From IMG/VR virus record IMGVR_UViG_3300032242_002123, positions 6,783-70,782 of that record: a stretch of 64,000 nt of DNA; one strand, written 5' to 3'. The stretch is from a virus. The notes below the pieces were generated by a model. The model had not been told where the DNA came from, did no database searches, and saw nothing but the letters and a program-made list of their open reading frames with translations. Position numbers and translations under genes: made by a program. This document shows positions 18,343-28,872 of this stretch, one piece after another; position 1 is the stretch's first letter; the number at the start of each line of letters is the position of its first letter.

Positions 18343-18753
18343 TCAGCGTGTGACACGTTTCACAACACTTTTATTTTTCTTTTTTAATTTTTTTTTCTTG
18401 TTTGCTTTTCTTGTTTTGAAAATCTTTTTTGTCAGTTCGCTTTTGTAAAGTTTGATGGAAACATATTTCATGAATTGAGCTATTTCCAACATTGTTAATT
18501 TGTTTATCATTCGAGATTCGACACGCAAAACTCTAGTTTCACTCCATTCGGGATATAGATAATGAAGACATTCATGATATGCTGTTCTTATTGGGGATTT
18601 TCTATGATCTACTAATAAAACATCATCTTCGTATCTACACCATCCATAAATTCCTAATTTTTTAAATACCATAAATTCAGGAGGCTTTCTCCTGATGAGA
18701 TTAACACATCTGGTATGATACAGACTTAATTGTTTTTTGGTTAATCTTTCCAT
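18343..18753 (-). CDS. hypothetical protein with HExxH motif and basic tail
   Basis: TAYHECLHYLYPEWSE, TAAGTA 7 nt upstream. Confidence 0.6.
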   Translation of the reverse strand: MERLTKKQLSLYHTRCVNLIRRKPPEFMVFKKLGIYGWCRYEDDVLLVDHRKSPIRTAYHECLHYLYPEWSETRVLRVESRMINKLTMLEIAQFMKYVSIKLYKSELTKKIFKTRKANKKKKLKKKNKSVVKRVTR

Positions 18754-18845
18754 ACATAATACTTATAGGCTGGGTATCATGCAATATTTTACACCAAAAG
18801 TCAATATTTTATTGCTTTTCAAACAAAACCAGTTAAAGTAGTTAC

Positions 18846-20090
18846 ATGCTTTCAGTAAAACAACAAAATATTATTAAAGTTAATCAAGAACGCAATTATT
18901 TCAGAGAAGAAATGTCTAATGATTTTCCCATAAGAAATTATATAACAGAGACTTATGGATATATGCCGTGTTTTGTTTATCCTGATGATACATTTTCTGA
19001 TGAGATTTTAACATTTTTTATTAAAAATGGCGAATATATTAATTCATCTTTAAATGGCGATTTGAAGGATATTTCGGAAAATATTTTAGATGGATTTAAG
19101 AATGGTTTTTTTTGGTTTAAATATAAAGATGTTTTTGCAAAAATTTCAGTAAAAAGCGAAAATGATGATGGTGAAGATACGCTTTTTGGTAGTAATTTAA
19201 ATAACGCAAGATCTATTGTTGATTCTGTTCTTGGTACAAATGAAAATAAAGATTCAGATAAAAAGTTAGAAAAAAAGACTTATAGTTTGATGATTTGCAC
19301 TGCTTCTAGTTCACAAAAAAACGTATTAAAAGATTTCATGCCTTTTGTTGTAAACACCGAACACAAGACTAAAGTTCATATTTTTATCAAGAATCAATAT
19401 GGTGAATATACATTTGAACCAATTTCGGTTAATCTTCCAAAGGATTTGGATTTGGAATTGAATTACGGTAAAGAGTTTTTGGATATAGATAAGAAGGTAC
19501 AGGAAAGACTTTCGCAAAAAGCTAGTGGTTTATTCATGTTTCATGGTATGCCCGGAACTGGAAAGACAACTTATATAAAATATCTTGCAGATAAAGTTAA
19601 TAGGGATTTCATTTATATCCCAACAACAATGATTGAAAGTTTTACTTCTGATCCAAATTGCCTACACACTTTAATATCAAAACCAAATTCTGTTATTATT
19701 TTGGAAGATGCTGAAAAAGCAATCTTGAAAAGACAGGGAGATGGTATGGATTCATCAGCAGTATCCGCCCTATTAAACTTATCAGATGGTATTTTAAGCG
19801 ATATATTAAAGACATCCGTTGTATTAACATACAACTGCCCTAAACAAGATGTCGATGATGCACTCAAAAGAAAAGGAAGACTTCAAGTTGAATACGAGTT
19901 CGGTGCATTATCCGTTGATGATGCAAAGAAACTTGCAAAGAAATTAAAATATCCAAAGAAATTTATTGACGATAAGATCATTAATCCTTTAACAATTAGT
20001 GAAATATATAATTTAGAAAAAGAAGTAGAATTTTATGCAAAAAACGGAAAGAAAGAAAAATCAGACAGGATCATTGGCTTTGGAAAATAA
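18846..20090 (+). CDS. AAA+ ATPase
   Basis: Walker A HGMPGTGKTT, Walker B IILEDAE, LLNLSDG, DDALKRKGRL, C-terminal IIGF. Confidence 0.88.
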   Translation: MLSVKQQNIIKVNQERNYFREEMSNDFPIRNYITETYGYMPCFVYPDDTFSDEILTFFIKNGEYINSSLNGDLKDISENILDGFKNGFFWFKYKDVFAKISVKSENDDGEDTLFGSNLNNARSIVDSVLGTNENKDSDKKLEKKTYSLMICTASSSQKNVLKDFMPFVVNTEHKTKVHIFIKNQYGEYTFEPISVNLPKDLDLELNYGKEFLDIDKKVQERLSQKASGLFMFHGMPGTGKTTYIKYLADKVNRDFIYIPTTMIESFTSDPNCLHTLISKPNSVIILEDAEKAILKRQGDGMDSSAVSALLNLSDGILSDILKTSVVLTYNCPKQDVDDALKRKGRLQVEYEFGALSVDDAKKLAKKLKYPKKFIDDKIINPLTISEIYNLEKEVEFYAKNGKKEKSDRIIGFGK

Positions 20091-20886
20091 TTTTGATTCA
20101 CTTGTATGCTTGGATGAATGTTTTGCAGACATTAAGTTTTTTGCAAAAAATCACAAGTATACTATTGGTGATCAACCTGCAAAAACATCAGTATCAGGAG
20201 CTATCAAGAAATATGAAAAGCCTTTTGATACACAAAGAGTTGCTGGATTTGTTGCTAAGAAAAATGGACAAACTATAAATGAAGTCCTTAAAGAATGGGA
20301 TTATAAAAGAGAATATTCTTGTCATAAAGGATCTGAATTTCATTTGTTTGTTGAAAATTTCTTAGAAAGAAAAAAAATAACTTTAGATAAAGAAGCATTT
20401 ATTGCATTTCTGGATATTAATAATACTCCATATAATGAAAGCGTTGTTGCGGAGTATTATAATGATATGGCATTGCTCATTAAAAATTTCATGAACTTTT
20501 ATGATTGGTGGAAAACTGATCATATGCTTTTGAAATCAGAATTTGTAATTGGTGATAAGGAAACTGGTCTCTGTGGAACTATTGATAATCTATCATATAA
20601 TAAGATTACAAAGAAGTTTGATATATTTGATTATAAGACAAACAAAGAAATTAAATTAGAAAACCCAAGAGGTGATACTTTACTTGAACCTTTTACTCAT
20701 CTACAAAGCTGTGAACTTGTTAAATACAGTTTGCAGCTTTGGTTATATCGTTTAATACTAGAAAAGAATTCTCCATTTGAAATAGGTGATGCATACATAG
20801 TATGGGTTGCAGGGGCTGATGATTATCAATTAATACCAGTACTTGATTTAAAAAAAGAAGCAGAAATTATTTTGAATAATATTTAA
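20035..20886 (+). CDS. PD-(D/E)XK exonuclease
   Basis: TSVS, KGSEFH, SEF...GTIDNL...IFDYKTN, YSLQLWLY. True start may be a downstream TTG. Confidence 0.82.
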   Translation: MQKTERKKNQTGSLALENNFDSLVCLDECFADIKFFAKNHKYTIGDQPAKTSVSGAIKKYEKPFDTQRVAGFVAKKNGQTINEVLKEWDYKREYSCHKGSEFHLFVENFLERKKITLDKEAFIAFLDINNTPYNESVVAEYYNDMALLIKNFMNFYDWWKTDHMLLKSEFVIGDKETGLCGTIDNLSYNKITKKFDIFDYKTNKEIKLENPRGDTLLEPFTHLQSCELVKYSLQLWLYRLILEKNSPFEIGDAYIVWVAGADDYQLIPVLDLKKEAEIILNNI

Positions 20887-20943
20887 TTTTTTAAAAAAAA
20901 TATAGAAATGGGATAGACTGAGTGTAAATATTATTACAAACAT

Positions 20944-21837
20944 ATGGACCCACTAGCAAACGCATACTTAAAAATCGTCAATGAATCCGTTAAGGAATTA
21001 GAAACCACAGGCACTGTTAAAACTGATCTTCAGATTAACAAAGGTGCTTTTGGACATGCTGACGATAAAGCAAAGAAATTCTTTTCAAATTCTGGACCTG
21101 AAGATTCTGAAGGTACTGAAGATGTGGAAGATCCAAAGGAAGCTGATGCTCACCTAACAGCAAGTAAGCAAAATGATGGTACACCTAAAAAGCTTGATAA
21201 TTCTTCAAGAAATCCATTTGATGCACTTTATAACAAAATAATTTCCGAAGAAGGTATCATGGATTTTTCAACTGATACAGAAAATCCAGAAGATAGCTCA
21301 TTTGAGCCATCTGAAGGTGATGGTCTTGAAGATAATGATGAATTCGGTGAAGATGAAGAAGAGGGTGATGAGGGTCATGAAGATTCAGAAGACCAAGTAA
21401 CATTCACACTTGATCGTGAAACAGCTGAAAAGCTTCATTCAGTTCTTGGTGAAATCCTTGGTGGTGAAGGTGAAGAACATGAGAGCGAAGAATCAGAAGA
21501 CGAAGAAGAAGCTGAACATGATTTCGGTGGTTCCGAAGAAGGTGAAGATGAAGGCGAAGAAGAATCCACACAGGGTGGAGCAATGCCTTTCGGCGAAGCA
21601 ACTGATCTTGAAGAACTCAGTCCTGAAAAAGGAAAGACTCTCACAAAGAAATCAAACATCTCAGTAAAAGGTGCAGTTCCAGTTACAAAAAAGAAAGCTG
21701 TAACTCCTGCAACTGGCAGAGGTTTTGACGGTAAGTTAAAAGCACATTCAACCTCCGGTGCTATCAGTAAGCTCCAAAGCAAAAAGCAGGATGTTGGTGG
21801 TGTAAAGACAGGAAAATTCTTGTTCGATAACGAATAA
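20944..21837 (+). CDS. highly acidic late protein (candidate prohead core/internal protein)
   Basis: E/D tracts, TAAATA upstream, own terminator, repeated motif P(L/F)xxxYxKI(V/I)xE. Confidence 0.6.
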   Translation: MDPLANAYLKIVNESVKELETTGTVKTDLQINKGAFGHADDKAKKFFSNSGPEDSEGTEDVEDPKEADAHLTASKQNDGTPKKLDNSSRNPFDALYNKIISEEGIMDFSTDTENPEDSSFEPSEGDGLEDNDEFGEDEEEGDEGHEDSEDQVTFTLDRETAEKLHSVLGEILGGEGEEHESEESEDEEEAEHDFGGSEEGEDEGEEESTQGGAMPFGEATDLEELSPEKGKTLTKKSNISVKGAVPVTKKKAVTPATGRGFDGKLKAHSTSGAISKLQSKKQDVGGVKTGKFLFDNE

Positions 21838-21863
21838 TTACTTCTACCAATTGGTATAATAAG

Positions 21864-21890
21864 AAGCCCCACTGTATAGTGGGGTTTTTT
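21864..21890 (+). terminator. rho-independent terminator
   Basis: aagccccact-gtat-agtggggtttttt. Confidence 0.85.
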
Positions 21891-21905
21891 ATTGTAAGTA
21901 TAAAT

Positions 21906-22319
21906 GTGAATTTTAAACAATACGTTTTAAGAGAATTTTTTGATGGTCTCAAATTGAGTAAAGGAGAGAAAGAGCATACAAAAGCTGGTTTAAATACTGG
22001 TAAAGAGCATCATAAACGCTTGGGTAGAATGATGAATATGGGTGATAGAAAGTCTTTTAATTTTGTAGCAAAATCACAATCTAGACATAATAAAATGTTG
22101 CATCCTAAAATACAAAGATGTCAAACTATTAGAAAAAATATACCTTTAACGGAACCTGAAGCAATTGATATAATGAAAAAATATTCACTATGTCCAACTC
22201 ATGAAGAGCCAAGAAAAGCAATCAAACAAACAGGTGTTAATTTACATATGATACAACCAAAAGTTTACATATTATCATTTCAAGGAGTACCAAATGGAAA
22301 CATTAAGATATCTCAATAA
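21906..22319 (+). CDS. basic hypothetical late protein
   Basis: GTG start 5 nt after TAAGTA (21895), MNFKQYVLRE. Confidence 0.6.
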   Translation: MNFKQYVLREFFDGLKLSKGEKEHTKAGLNTGKEHHKRLGRMMNMGDRKSFNFVAKSQSRHNKMLHPKIQRCQTIRKNIPLTEPEAIDIMKKYSLCPTHEEPRKAIKQTGVNLHMIQPKVYILSFQGVPNGNIKISQ

Positions 22320-22923
22320 AGGAATTAATTCCAACGAAAGAACCAATTTTGATAATTGGTGGTATGAACAAATTAACATTTATGGTCAAGATGTTATTTA
22401 CTATAATAATAAAGCATCGTTGAGTGCCATGAATGTTCTTTACGGTGAAGAACCAGATGCTGGATTTATGGCAGGTAAAAACATGACTGTTTTACTCAAT
22501 GTTACAAATGATTCTTATATACTTTCGAAATTTGGTATTATAGCAGATAGTGATATGAGTGGAGTTATACATCCAAGACATTTTACAGCCATTTATGGAC
22601 TTTCTAGTGAGCCTAAAAACGGTGATTTAATGAAGCTTGAAGAGTTTGGTATAGACCGTATTAATTATCCAAAAAGAGGACCGACTATTTATGAATTAAC
22701 TGAAGTTGTTGATGAATTTCAATTAAATGCATTGGGTGGTCACTATGTATGGTTCTTCAAGGCCAAGCGTTACGATTACAGCTTCGAAGATGGATCGCCC
22801 GGATCTGGAAATGGAAATAATCCTAATAATGATAATGACGCATTAGAAGCACTTGCTGATTCTAACTTCAATTATCCTGAAGAAAACCCATGTAGTAATA
22901 CTGGTGTTTATGGTGAATATTGA
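22294..22923 (+). CDS. neck protein, T4 gp14-like
   Basis: EQINIYGQDVIY, LYGEE, LSKFGI, EPKNGDL, IYEL, YVW...YDYS. Confidence 0.75.
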   Translation: METLRYLNKGINSNERTNFDNWWYEQINIYGQDVIYYNNKASLSAMNVLYGEEPDAGFMAGKNMTVLLNVTNDSYILSKFGIIADSDMSGVIHPRHFTAIYGLSSEPKNGDLMKLEEFGIDRINYPKRGPTIYELTEVVDEFQLNALGGHYVWFFKAKRYDYSFEDGSPGSGNGNNPNNDNDALEALADSNFNYPEENPCSNTGVYGEY

Positions 22924-23192
22924 TAATTTTCTGAATTAACTTCTTGCTCATTATAACACACATCAATATTATGTTCTGTTTTAAGAATTTTCCTTAAAAT
23001 TAAATCTTCAGTTGAAGATATATATTTCATAATCGCCAAAGGGGGAAGATCAATTTTATTAAAAGGAATTTTTTTATCCTCTGCCTTATCAGCAATATAA
23101 TTAACTGCTTCATATAAAGCTATCCATCTAGCCCATTTAGACGATTCTTCGTGTATTACTTTCCAATTTTTCATATTATTCTTTTTCATCAA
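22908..23192 (-). CDS. hypothetical protein
   Basis: Coupled to the upstream ORF. Start may be 23174. Confidence 0.55.
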   Translation of the reverse strand: MMKKNNMKNWKVIHEESSKWARWIALYEAVNYIADKAEDKKIPFNKIDLPPLAIMKYISSTEDLILRKILKTEHNIDVCYNEQEVNSENYQYSP

Positions 23193-23601
23193 TTAATGGT
23201 ACACCTGTTAAAGACGGAATATTAACGGATTCTGTAATCCTTGCAACTGTAAAATTAATATTAACTAAATTTTTCTTTTTACACTTTTCACAATCAAATT
23301 CTATTCTTTCGTTTTGATTAGGTAGGAATGTCATTATGTTTATATCTTTACAATAAGCACATTCCAAAAATGTAGATAAAGGTTCTAACATATCTAATTC
23401 TTTTTGTCTTGTTTTTTGTATAAAATAATTTGATATCAAATTACCAGCAAAAGAAAAAAGAATATATTGGAATACAAAAAACAATAAAAATGATGCCCAA
23501 AAACTTAAATGGAACAAATAACAAGCCAATGCTCCTATGGCTGAAATAAACACCACTGTAAATGTGGATTTAATAATATCTAACAATGATTTATCTTTCA
23601 T
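23176..23601 (-). CDS. membrane protein with two TM helices and a Zn-ribbon
   Basis: Hydrophobic N-terminus, CAYC...CEKC. TTGACA-17-TATATT 6 nt upstream. Confidence 0.65.
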   Translation of the reverse strand: MKDKSLLDIIKSTFTVVFISAIGALACYLFHLSFWASFLLFFVFQYILFSFAGNLISNYFIQKTRQKELDMLEPLSTFLECAYCKDINIMTFLPNQNERIEFDCEKCKKKNLVNINFTVARITESVNIPSLTGVPLIDEKE

Positions 23602-23641
23602 ACCTAAAATATAACATAAGACATTTATGATGTCAATTGTT

Positions 23642-24151
23642 TTATGCAGGTACTTTTATAGCTATTGTTGTATTAATTGTAGGTACAGATTGAGGATTAA
23701 TTCTCTGATCTGGTGTGTTAGGAATTGGATTTTGAGAAGGTTGCGGTCCTGCTATGTTAAGTTTTTCTAAAGAAAGACCTACTTCTTTTATTAATTTTAA
23801 AGCATGTTTAGATTTTTTAAACATATCAATAAGTTCGGCTTTAGATTCTTTATTTAAAGATGGATTTTGTTTAATGCATTGTGACATCTTATTCATACCT
23901 GTCATTAAAAGAACAAAACTATCTGCAATATCACTTGTTACTGTTTGTAAAGGCCAAGGCCAACTTACAGGACCATCGGGAGCGGGTTCTGTTAAATCCC
24001 CAGCAGTTCCACCTCTTTGATATGGATAATCATATCCACCTGTTTTAGAACCGGACATTGGAGCAAAATCCTTGCGGGGTGGAGAACTATATGCACCATA
24101 GCCACCTCCTCCACCATTGTAGATTTCTTCAATGATTCCGTTTAAATCCAT
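23642..24151 (-). CDS. hypothetical protein
   Basis: 169 aa ORF abutting the upstream ORF. Confidence 0.6.
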   Translation of the reverse strand: MDLNGIIEEIYNGGGGGYGAYSSPPRKDFAPMSGSKTGGYDYPYQRGGTAGDLTEPAPDGPVSWPWPLQTVTSDIADSFVLLMTGMNKMSQCIKQNPSLNKESKAELIDMFKKSKHALKLIKEVGLSLEKLNIAGPQPSQNPIPNTPDQRINPQSVPTINTTIAIKVPA

Positions 24152-24334
24152 TTATTTTATGTTTCCGATTCTAGAAAGATTATTACAACGTCCACATGTC
24201 CAACGGCATTCTTTTACAATTTGCTTTGTCTTTGGATCAGTTTTTTCTGTAATTCTACCTTGAACATTGGCACCACAAAATGAGCAAGCTATTGGACGAT
24301 TTTCGAGTGTTTGATACTGAGGAGTATTATTCAT
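24152..24334 (-). CDS. small Zn-ribbon protein
   Basis: CSFC...CGRC, TAAGTA upstream. Confidence 0.65.
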   Translation of the reverse strand: MNNTPQYQTLENRPIACSFCGANVQGRITEKTDPKTKQIVKECRWTCGRCNNLSRIGNIK

Positions 24335-24343
24335 AATATATAC

Positions 24344-25195
24344 TTACTTACCTTCTGATGGTTTCCAACCTTCTTTATTGTCATGTTTAGGTTGATCTTG
24401 AATATACAATTCTTTAAACTTGTGAGTGATAAACTTGCAAAGCTCAGAACGAACAATATCTTCTTCGCCTAATTCCATACAGAATATACCTTGTGCTTTT
24501 GCTTCATCATTATCGAATAAATGATAAACTTTATCAAATCCCGATTTGCCATATGGAAGATCACTTTGCTCTGGATCGCCACAAAGAAATACTTTTGAGA
24601 ATTCTCCGATACGACTCATGAGAGTATGAATTTCTTTTTTAGAAAAGTTTTGAACTTCATCAGCACAAACAAATTTAGCAGAAAAATGAAGACCTCTTGC
24701 AAAATTTATTGGACAGATTGTTAAACGATTATCCTTTTGGAGCCTGTCTAATTGAGCTTTGCAAAGTAATTCTTCAAACTTGTCATGGAATGGTGTAAGG
24801 TAAACTGCAATCTTTTCATCAAGAGTTCCCGGTAAGAAACCAAGTTTAGAATCTGATGATTCAACTGCTGATCTAACTAATACCATATCGGAAATCCTCT
24901 TCATATTAAGAAGAGTTAATCCACAATACATTGCAAGAGTTGTTTTGGATGTACCTGCTGGACCTTTGAGTAAAAGAACTTTTGTTCCTTTATCTAAAAA
25001 TCTTGCAATAATTTCTTTTTGTTTATTAGTCCAAGGTAAATTTTTTATTGTTAAATCAAAAGAGATTTTATCTCTTTGAAAAACATAAGGCGAATTATCG
25101 TCTTGTTTTCCCACTTCGGGGCTTGTTGTTACATTACGGACTCTTCCAGATTGAGGTCTGTCAGAACCCTTTTTGGGGCGCATTTTTTTGCTCAT
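24344..25195 (-). CDS. phoH: PhoH family ATPase
   Basis: GPAGTSKT, LGFLPGTLDEK, FARG, DEVQN, SRIGE.SK..LCGDPEQSDL, DIVRS. Confidence 0.92.
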   Translation of the reverse strand: MSKKMRPKKGSDRPQSGRVRNVTTSPEVGKQDDNSPYVFQRDKISFDLTIKNLPWTNKQKEIIARFLDKGTKVLLLKGPAGTSKTTLAMYCGLTLLNMKRISDMVLVRSAVESSDSKLGFLPGTLDEKIAVYLTPFHDKFEELLCKAQLDRLQKDNRLTICPINFARGLHFSAKFVCADEVQNFSKKEIHTLMSRIGEFSKVFLCGDPEQSDLPYGKSGFDKVYHLFDNDEAKAQGIFCMELGEEDIVRSELCKFITHKFKELYIQDQPKHDNKEGWKPSEGK

Positions 25196-25219
25196 AAATT
25201 ATAATCCATTATGGATTAA

Positions 25220-25639
25220 TTAAAGACCTTGTAAATTTCCACCTTGTGTTGATGATGTATTACTAGAAACACCATAACTTGTTGGTGATTTTTGTTGCTG
25301 TTGTTGTGCAGCATTTTGATTTGGCTTTTGTTGATTATTGTTTTGTGTATCTGCAATAGGTACTTTTTTATCTTTCAATCTATCCAATAATTCTGTTTTT
25401 TCCGAGTCATTCAAACTTGTGATATCAGTTTTTGTATTTGGATCAAGAATATCTGCTACTTTAGCATGAAGAGTATCTGGATTTTGAGCATTTGAAATAG
25501 CATTCATTGTATCAGATAATCCTTTCTTCTCACTGGCTGGTAAATTCATTTTGGCTAAAGCATCACCAATTTTTTGGGGATTAAATGTTATTTGATCTTC
25601 TGTTAAGTACTTTTTAAAAACATTATCGAATTTACTCAT
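25220..25639 (-). CDS. hypothetical late protein (possible internal head protein)
   Basis: MSKFDNVFKKYLTE, Q/N-rich tail, TAAGTA 9 nt upstream. Confidence 0.6.
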   Translation of the reverse strand: MSKFDNVFKKYLTEDQITFNPQKIGDALAKMNLPASEKKGLSDTMNAISNAQNPDTLHAKVADILDPNTKTDITSLNDSEKTELLDRLKDKKVPIADTQNNNQQKPNQNAAQQQQQKSPTSYGVSSNTSSTQGGNLQGL

Positions 25640-25661
25640 GACATTAATTACTTATACTATA

Positions 25662-25931
25662 TTACCAATCTTTACAAGCCTGATATTTCGGAGTACCGGG
25701 TTTAGCTGATGAACACTTGTGTCTGGCACGAAATGATTTTCTTCTTTTTGGATTATTTTTTCCTACTCTAACTCCAGCTTGTCCCCAATGAATTCTTTTA
25801 TATCCACCTTTTGGGTTCTTAACACATTTCATCCACTTTTTTCCTTTTCTAGTGGAATGTGTTTTTTGTGTTGTTTTTGTGCAGTTTGCTTCTGTAAGTA
25901 ATGATGATACTAATAAATCGAATTTGTTCAT
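25662..25931 (-). CDS. small basic phage protein (RRKSFRARHKC type)
   Basis: KKWMKCV...IHWGQ...NPKRRKSFRARHKC...YQACKDW. Start MNKFD 5 nt after TAAGTA. Confidence 0.7.
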   Translation of the reverse strand: MNKFDLLVSSLLTEANCTKTTQKTHSTRKGKKWMKCVKNPKGGYKRIHWGQAGVRVGKNNPKRRKSFRARHKCSSAKPGTPKYQACKDW

Positions 25932-26008
25932 ATTATTACTTATTCTCAAAGTTTTTAAAATAAAAAATCGAAAGTGGTAAAAATCAAAGATAAATAGTAT
26001 TAAGAAAT

Positions 26009-28243
26009 ATGTCTACTTTAACCATAACATCACCGGGTGTACAAATCAACGAAGTCGATCTCAGTATCATCTCTAGACCCATTGGGGCTACTGACGTACT
26101 TGTAACTGGCTTCGCCCCACAAGGACCAACAGAAGAATTAGTAAATATCGGAAGTGTTTCCGAATTTGAAGAAGTATTTGGTACTCCTACAAATGCTGCC
26201 GAAAGATACCTTTATTATACATCCAGACAAATTTTATCACAATCTCCTGCAAATCTTTTAGTATCCAGAATGCCTTATGGTTCTGGTGCAGGTGAAGGTT
26301 ATACAAATTCATATAGTGCTTTAGTATATCCTATTGCAGCTGATCAATCCAATTATTCAACATCAACTGCATTTACACTTGGTGAGCCTGTATCAATATT
26401 ATTAACAGATGATCAATATTATGATATTGTATCAAATAATATTTCTTGGAATGATACAGCTGGATTATCAACAACTGGTTATATTGATATTGGAAATGCT
26501 GGATTAATTGTATTAAATACTTCAAAAACTGCTGTTAATGATCTTTATGAAGGTTATTATGTTGGTATTTCTGATAATAGAAATTTCAACCCTTCTTCCA
26601 AATTTGATTCAATTAAAGGATTACAAACTGTAACTGATCAAATGGATGGTTTACAAACACTTACAGATGTACCTTCTGCAAGATGTAGTTTCACTTTCAC
26701 GCAAGCATCTTCAGCTTTCGGTAAAGATAGTTTATCAAAAGTTATTGAACATTATCCAGTTGGTTATGATTTTGCATCAGAATCATTCAAGGATAGTTTA
26801 GTTGTAATGGTTTTCAAAATTAAGTCAACTCGCTATAATCAAGATACATTTACATTAGATTATGCAGTTGCTGAAGCATACACAGGTTCATTGAATGCTG
26901 GTAGAACTCAAAATAACCCATATGGTGGAGCACCAACATCATTCTTTTTGGATACTGTTGTAAGTAATAAATCACCAAATATAAAGGTTATCACAAATCC
27001 TTATATTTCTTCAGTTGGTACATGGACAAAAACCGAAACAGATGTTACAAAGAAAGAGTATGGAAAAGCTGTTCCAGCTAAATCTGTTGTATTAAATGAT
27101 TCAGCAAAATACGCATTCGCAAATGGTGTTCATGTAAGTTCAACAAATGATGAAACACATGATATTGGTAATGTTGTTACAAAGCTTTCAAGACTTTTAA
27201 CAAGATTATCAAATGATGATACAACAAACATTGATATAGTTGCAGATGCTGGATTATCAACAATTTGGGCAAGTGCATGGGCTAGAAAAAATGATGCAAA
27301 TTTCTCAGATGAAAATTATTATAAATTCGATGAACTTTATAATTTAAATCTTGATGGTATTAAATATAATAATAATACAACAATACCAGACGGATTAGCA
27401 TATGAAGGTTATCAAGCAATAACAGAACAATTTGTTGCTTTTGCCGAAGCAAAGAAAGATCATGTTTTTGTATCAGATCCACTTAGACATATCTTTGTTC
27501 AAGGTGAAAATGCCAAAACATCAGGTAGAAAAAGTTATGTTTTCTCAAATGATATCTATTGGCCTTTAAATAATCTTTATACTAATATTCAAAGTAGTTA
27601 TGTTGCAACATATGGTAACTGGGTAAAATCAACAGATATCTATACAAGTAAAGCTGTATGGCTTCCTGCTTCTGGATATGTAACAGCTATAATTGCAAAA
27701 ACATCACAAGTAACATATCCTTGGATTGCACCAGCTGGTTTCAATAAAGGTACATTAACAAATGTTCTTGATTTGGGTGTAAATCCAACTCAGAAACAAA
27801 GAGATTTACTTTATAAGATCAACGTTAACCCAATTGCTTATTTCAATCAAGATGGATTTGTTGTATACGGTCAAAAGACAATGTATCGTAAACCATCAGC
27901 ATTTGATAGAATCAATGTTCGTAGATTATTCTTAACATTAGAGAAAGAAACACAAAGATTACTCAAGTATTATGTGTTTGAACCAAATGATTTCTCAACA
28001 AGAAGTCGCTTGAAGGGTGCATTAGTTCCAATCTTTGATCAAGCTAAATTAAATGATGGTTGTTATGACTATCTTTTAGTTTGCGATACAACTAATAATA
28101 CACCTAATGTAATCGACAACAACGAGTTGAAGATATCAATCTACGTCCAGCCTGTAAGAGCCGCTGAGTTTATCTTAGCTGACTTCATTGCTACAAGAAC
28201 TGGTGTTAACTTCTCTGAACTTATCGCAGGAGGACAAGGTTAA
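26009..28243 (+). CDS. tail sheath protein (T4 gp18-like)
   Basis: SPGVQINEVDLS, GFAPQGP, FEEVFGTP, PWIAPAGFNKG, QRDLLYKINVNPI, GQKT, SAFDRINVRRLF, FEPND, VQPVRAAEFI. Confidence 0.96.
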   Translation: MSTLTITSPGVQINEVDLSIISRPIGATDVLVTGFAPQGPTEELVNIGSVSEFEEVFGTPTNAAERYLYYTSRQILSQSPANLLVSRMPYGSGAGEGYTNSYSALVYPIAADQSNYSTSTAFTLGEPVSILLTDDQYYDIVSNNISWNDTAGLSTTGYIDIGNAGLIVLNTSKTAVNDLYEGYYVGISDNRNFNPSSKFDSIKGLQTVTDQMDGLQTLTDVPSARCSFTFTQASSAFGKDSLSKVIEHYPVGYDFASESFKDSLVVMVFKIKSTRYNQDTFTLDYAVAEAYTGSLNAGRTQNNPYGGAPTSFFLDTVVSNKSPNIKVITNPYISSVGTWTKTETDVTKKEYGKAVPAKSVVLNDSAKYAFANGVHVSSTNDETHDIGNVVTKLSRLLTRLSNDDTTNIDIVADAGLSTIWASAWARKNDANFSDENYYKFDELYNLNLDGIKYNNNTTIPDGLAYEGYQAITEQFVAFAEAKKDHVFVSDPLRHIFVQGENAKTSGRKSYVFSNDIYWPLNNLYTNIQSSYVATYGNWVKSTDIYTSKAVWLPASGYVTAIIAKTSQVTYPWIAPAGFNKGTLTNVLDLGVNPTQKQRDLLYKINVNPIAYFNQDGFVVYGQKTMYRKPSAFDRINVRRLFLTLEKETQRLLKYYVFEPNDFSTRSRLKGALVPIFDQAKLNDGCYDYLLVCDTTNNTPNVIDNNELKISIYVQPVRAAEFILADFIATRTGVNFSELIAGGQG

Positions 28244-28296
28244 TTTAAAAATATAAATTAATTGTGCATTCTAAAGATAAATATTAATATAAAATT

Positions 28297-28842
28297 ATGG
28301 CAGGATTATTTGACACACAAGGAATAGAAAACTTCTACGATACAGCTATTGTTAACGATTTTGCTCGTCAAAATCTTTTCAGAGTAGTATCACTTGGAGG
28401 TACAAACTTCACACAACAAGAGTTACTTTATGTAACTACAACATCGCTCCCCGGAAGAGCAATTACAAACGTACAAGTTCCTTTCATGGGACTTCAGTTT
28501 AATGTTCCCGGTACAGCAAACTATCCTAATAGTGGTGGATGGCAAGTCACATTTAGACTTCCTTCAAACCTTTCTGTTAGAGGTAAGTTCGAAGATTGGA
28601 CAAAGTTTATTTTCGATGATCAAATAACATCAGGTGCTTATAGTATTCCTAATAAGGGTCCGCAATCACAAGTTATATTAGCTCTTCTTGATAAGAATGG
28701 TATTCCAATCAGAACTTATACATTGTTCGGTGCATATTGCCAAGCTGTTGGAGATTTAACAGTAAATCTTACATCCGCTGGTGAAATCCTCGAACAACAA
28801 GCAACACTCGCTTACCAATACTGGAGATTAACATCCATCTAA
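28297..28842 (+). CDS. tail tube protein (gp19-like)
   Basis: ARQNLFRV, SLPG...VPFMG...PGT, WQVTF, FEDW, LAYQYW. Directly follows the sheath gene. Confidence 0.88.
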   Translation: MAGLFDTQGIENFYDTAIVNDFARQNLFRVVSLGGTNFTQQELLYVTTTSLPGRAITNVQVPFMGLQFNVPGTANYPNSGGWQVTFRLPSNLSVRGKFEDWTKFIFDDQITSGAYSIPNKGPQSQVILALLDKNGIPIRTYTLFGAYCQAVGDLTVNLTSAGEILEQQATLAYQYWRLTSI

Positions 28843-28872
28843 TAAAACCGTAAATAAGGCGTAAGTATTATT

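Noticed and set aside
20035-20886. Cas4 as part of a CRISPR system
   Set aside because: No four-Cys Fe-S pattern, no other cas genes and no array. It looks like an ordinary phage PD-(D/E)XK nuclease.
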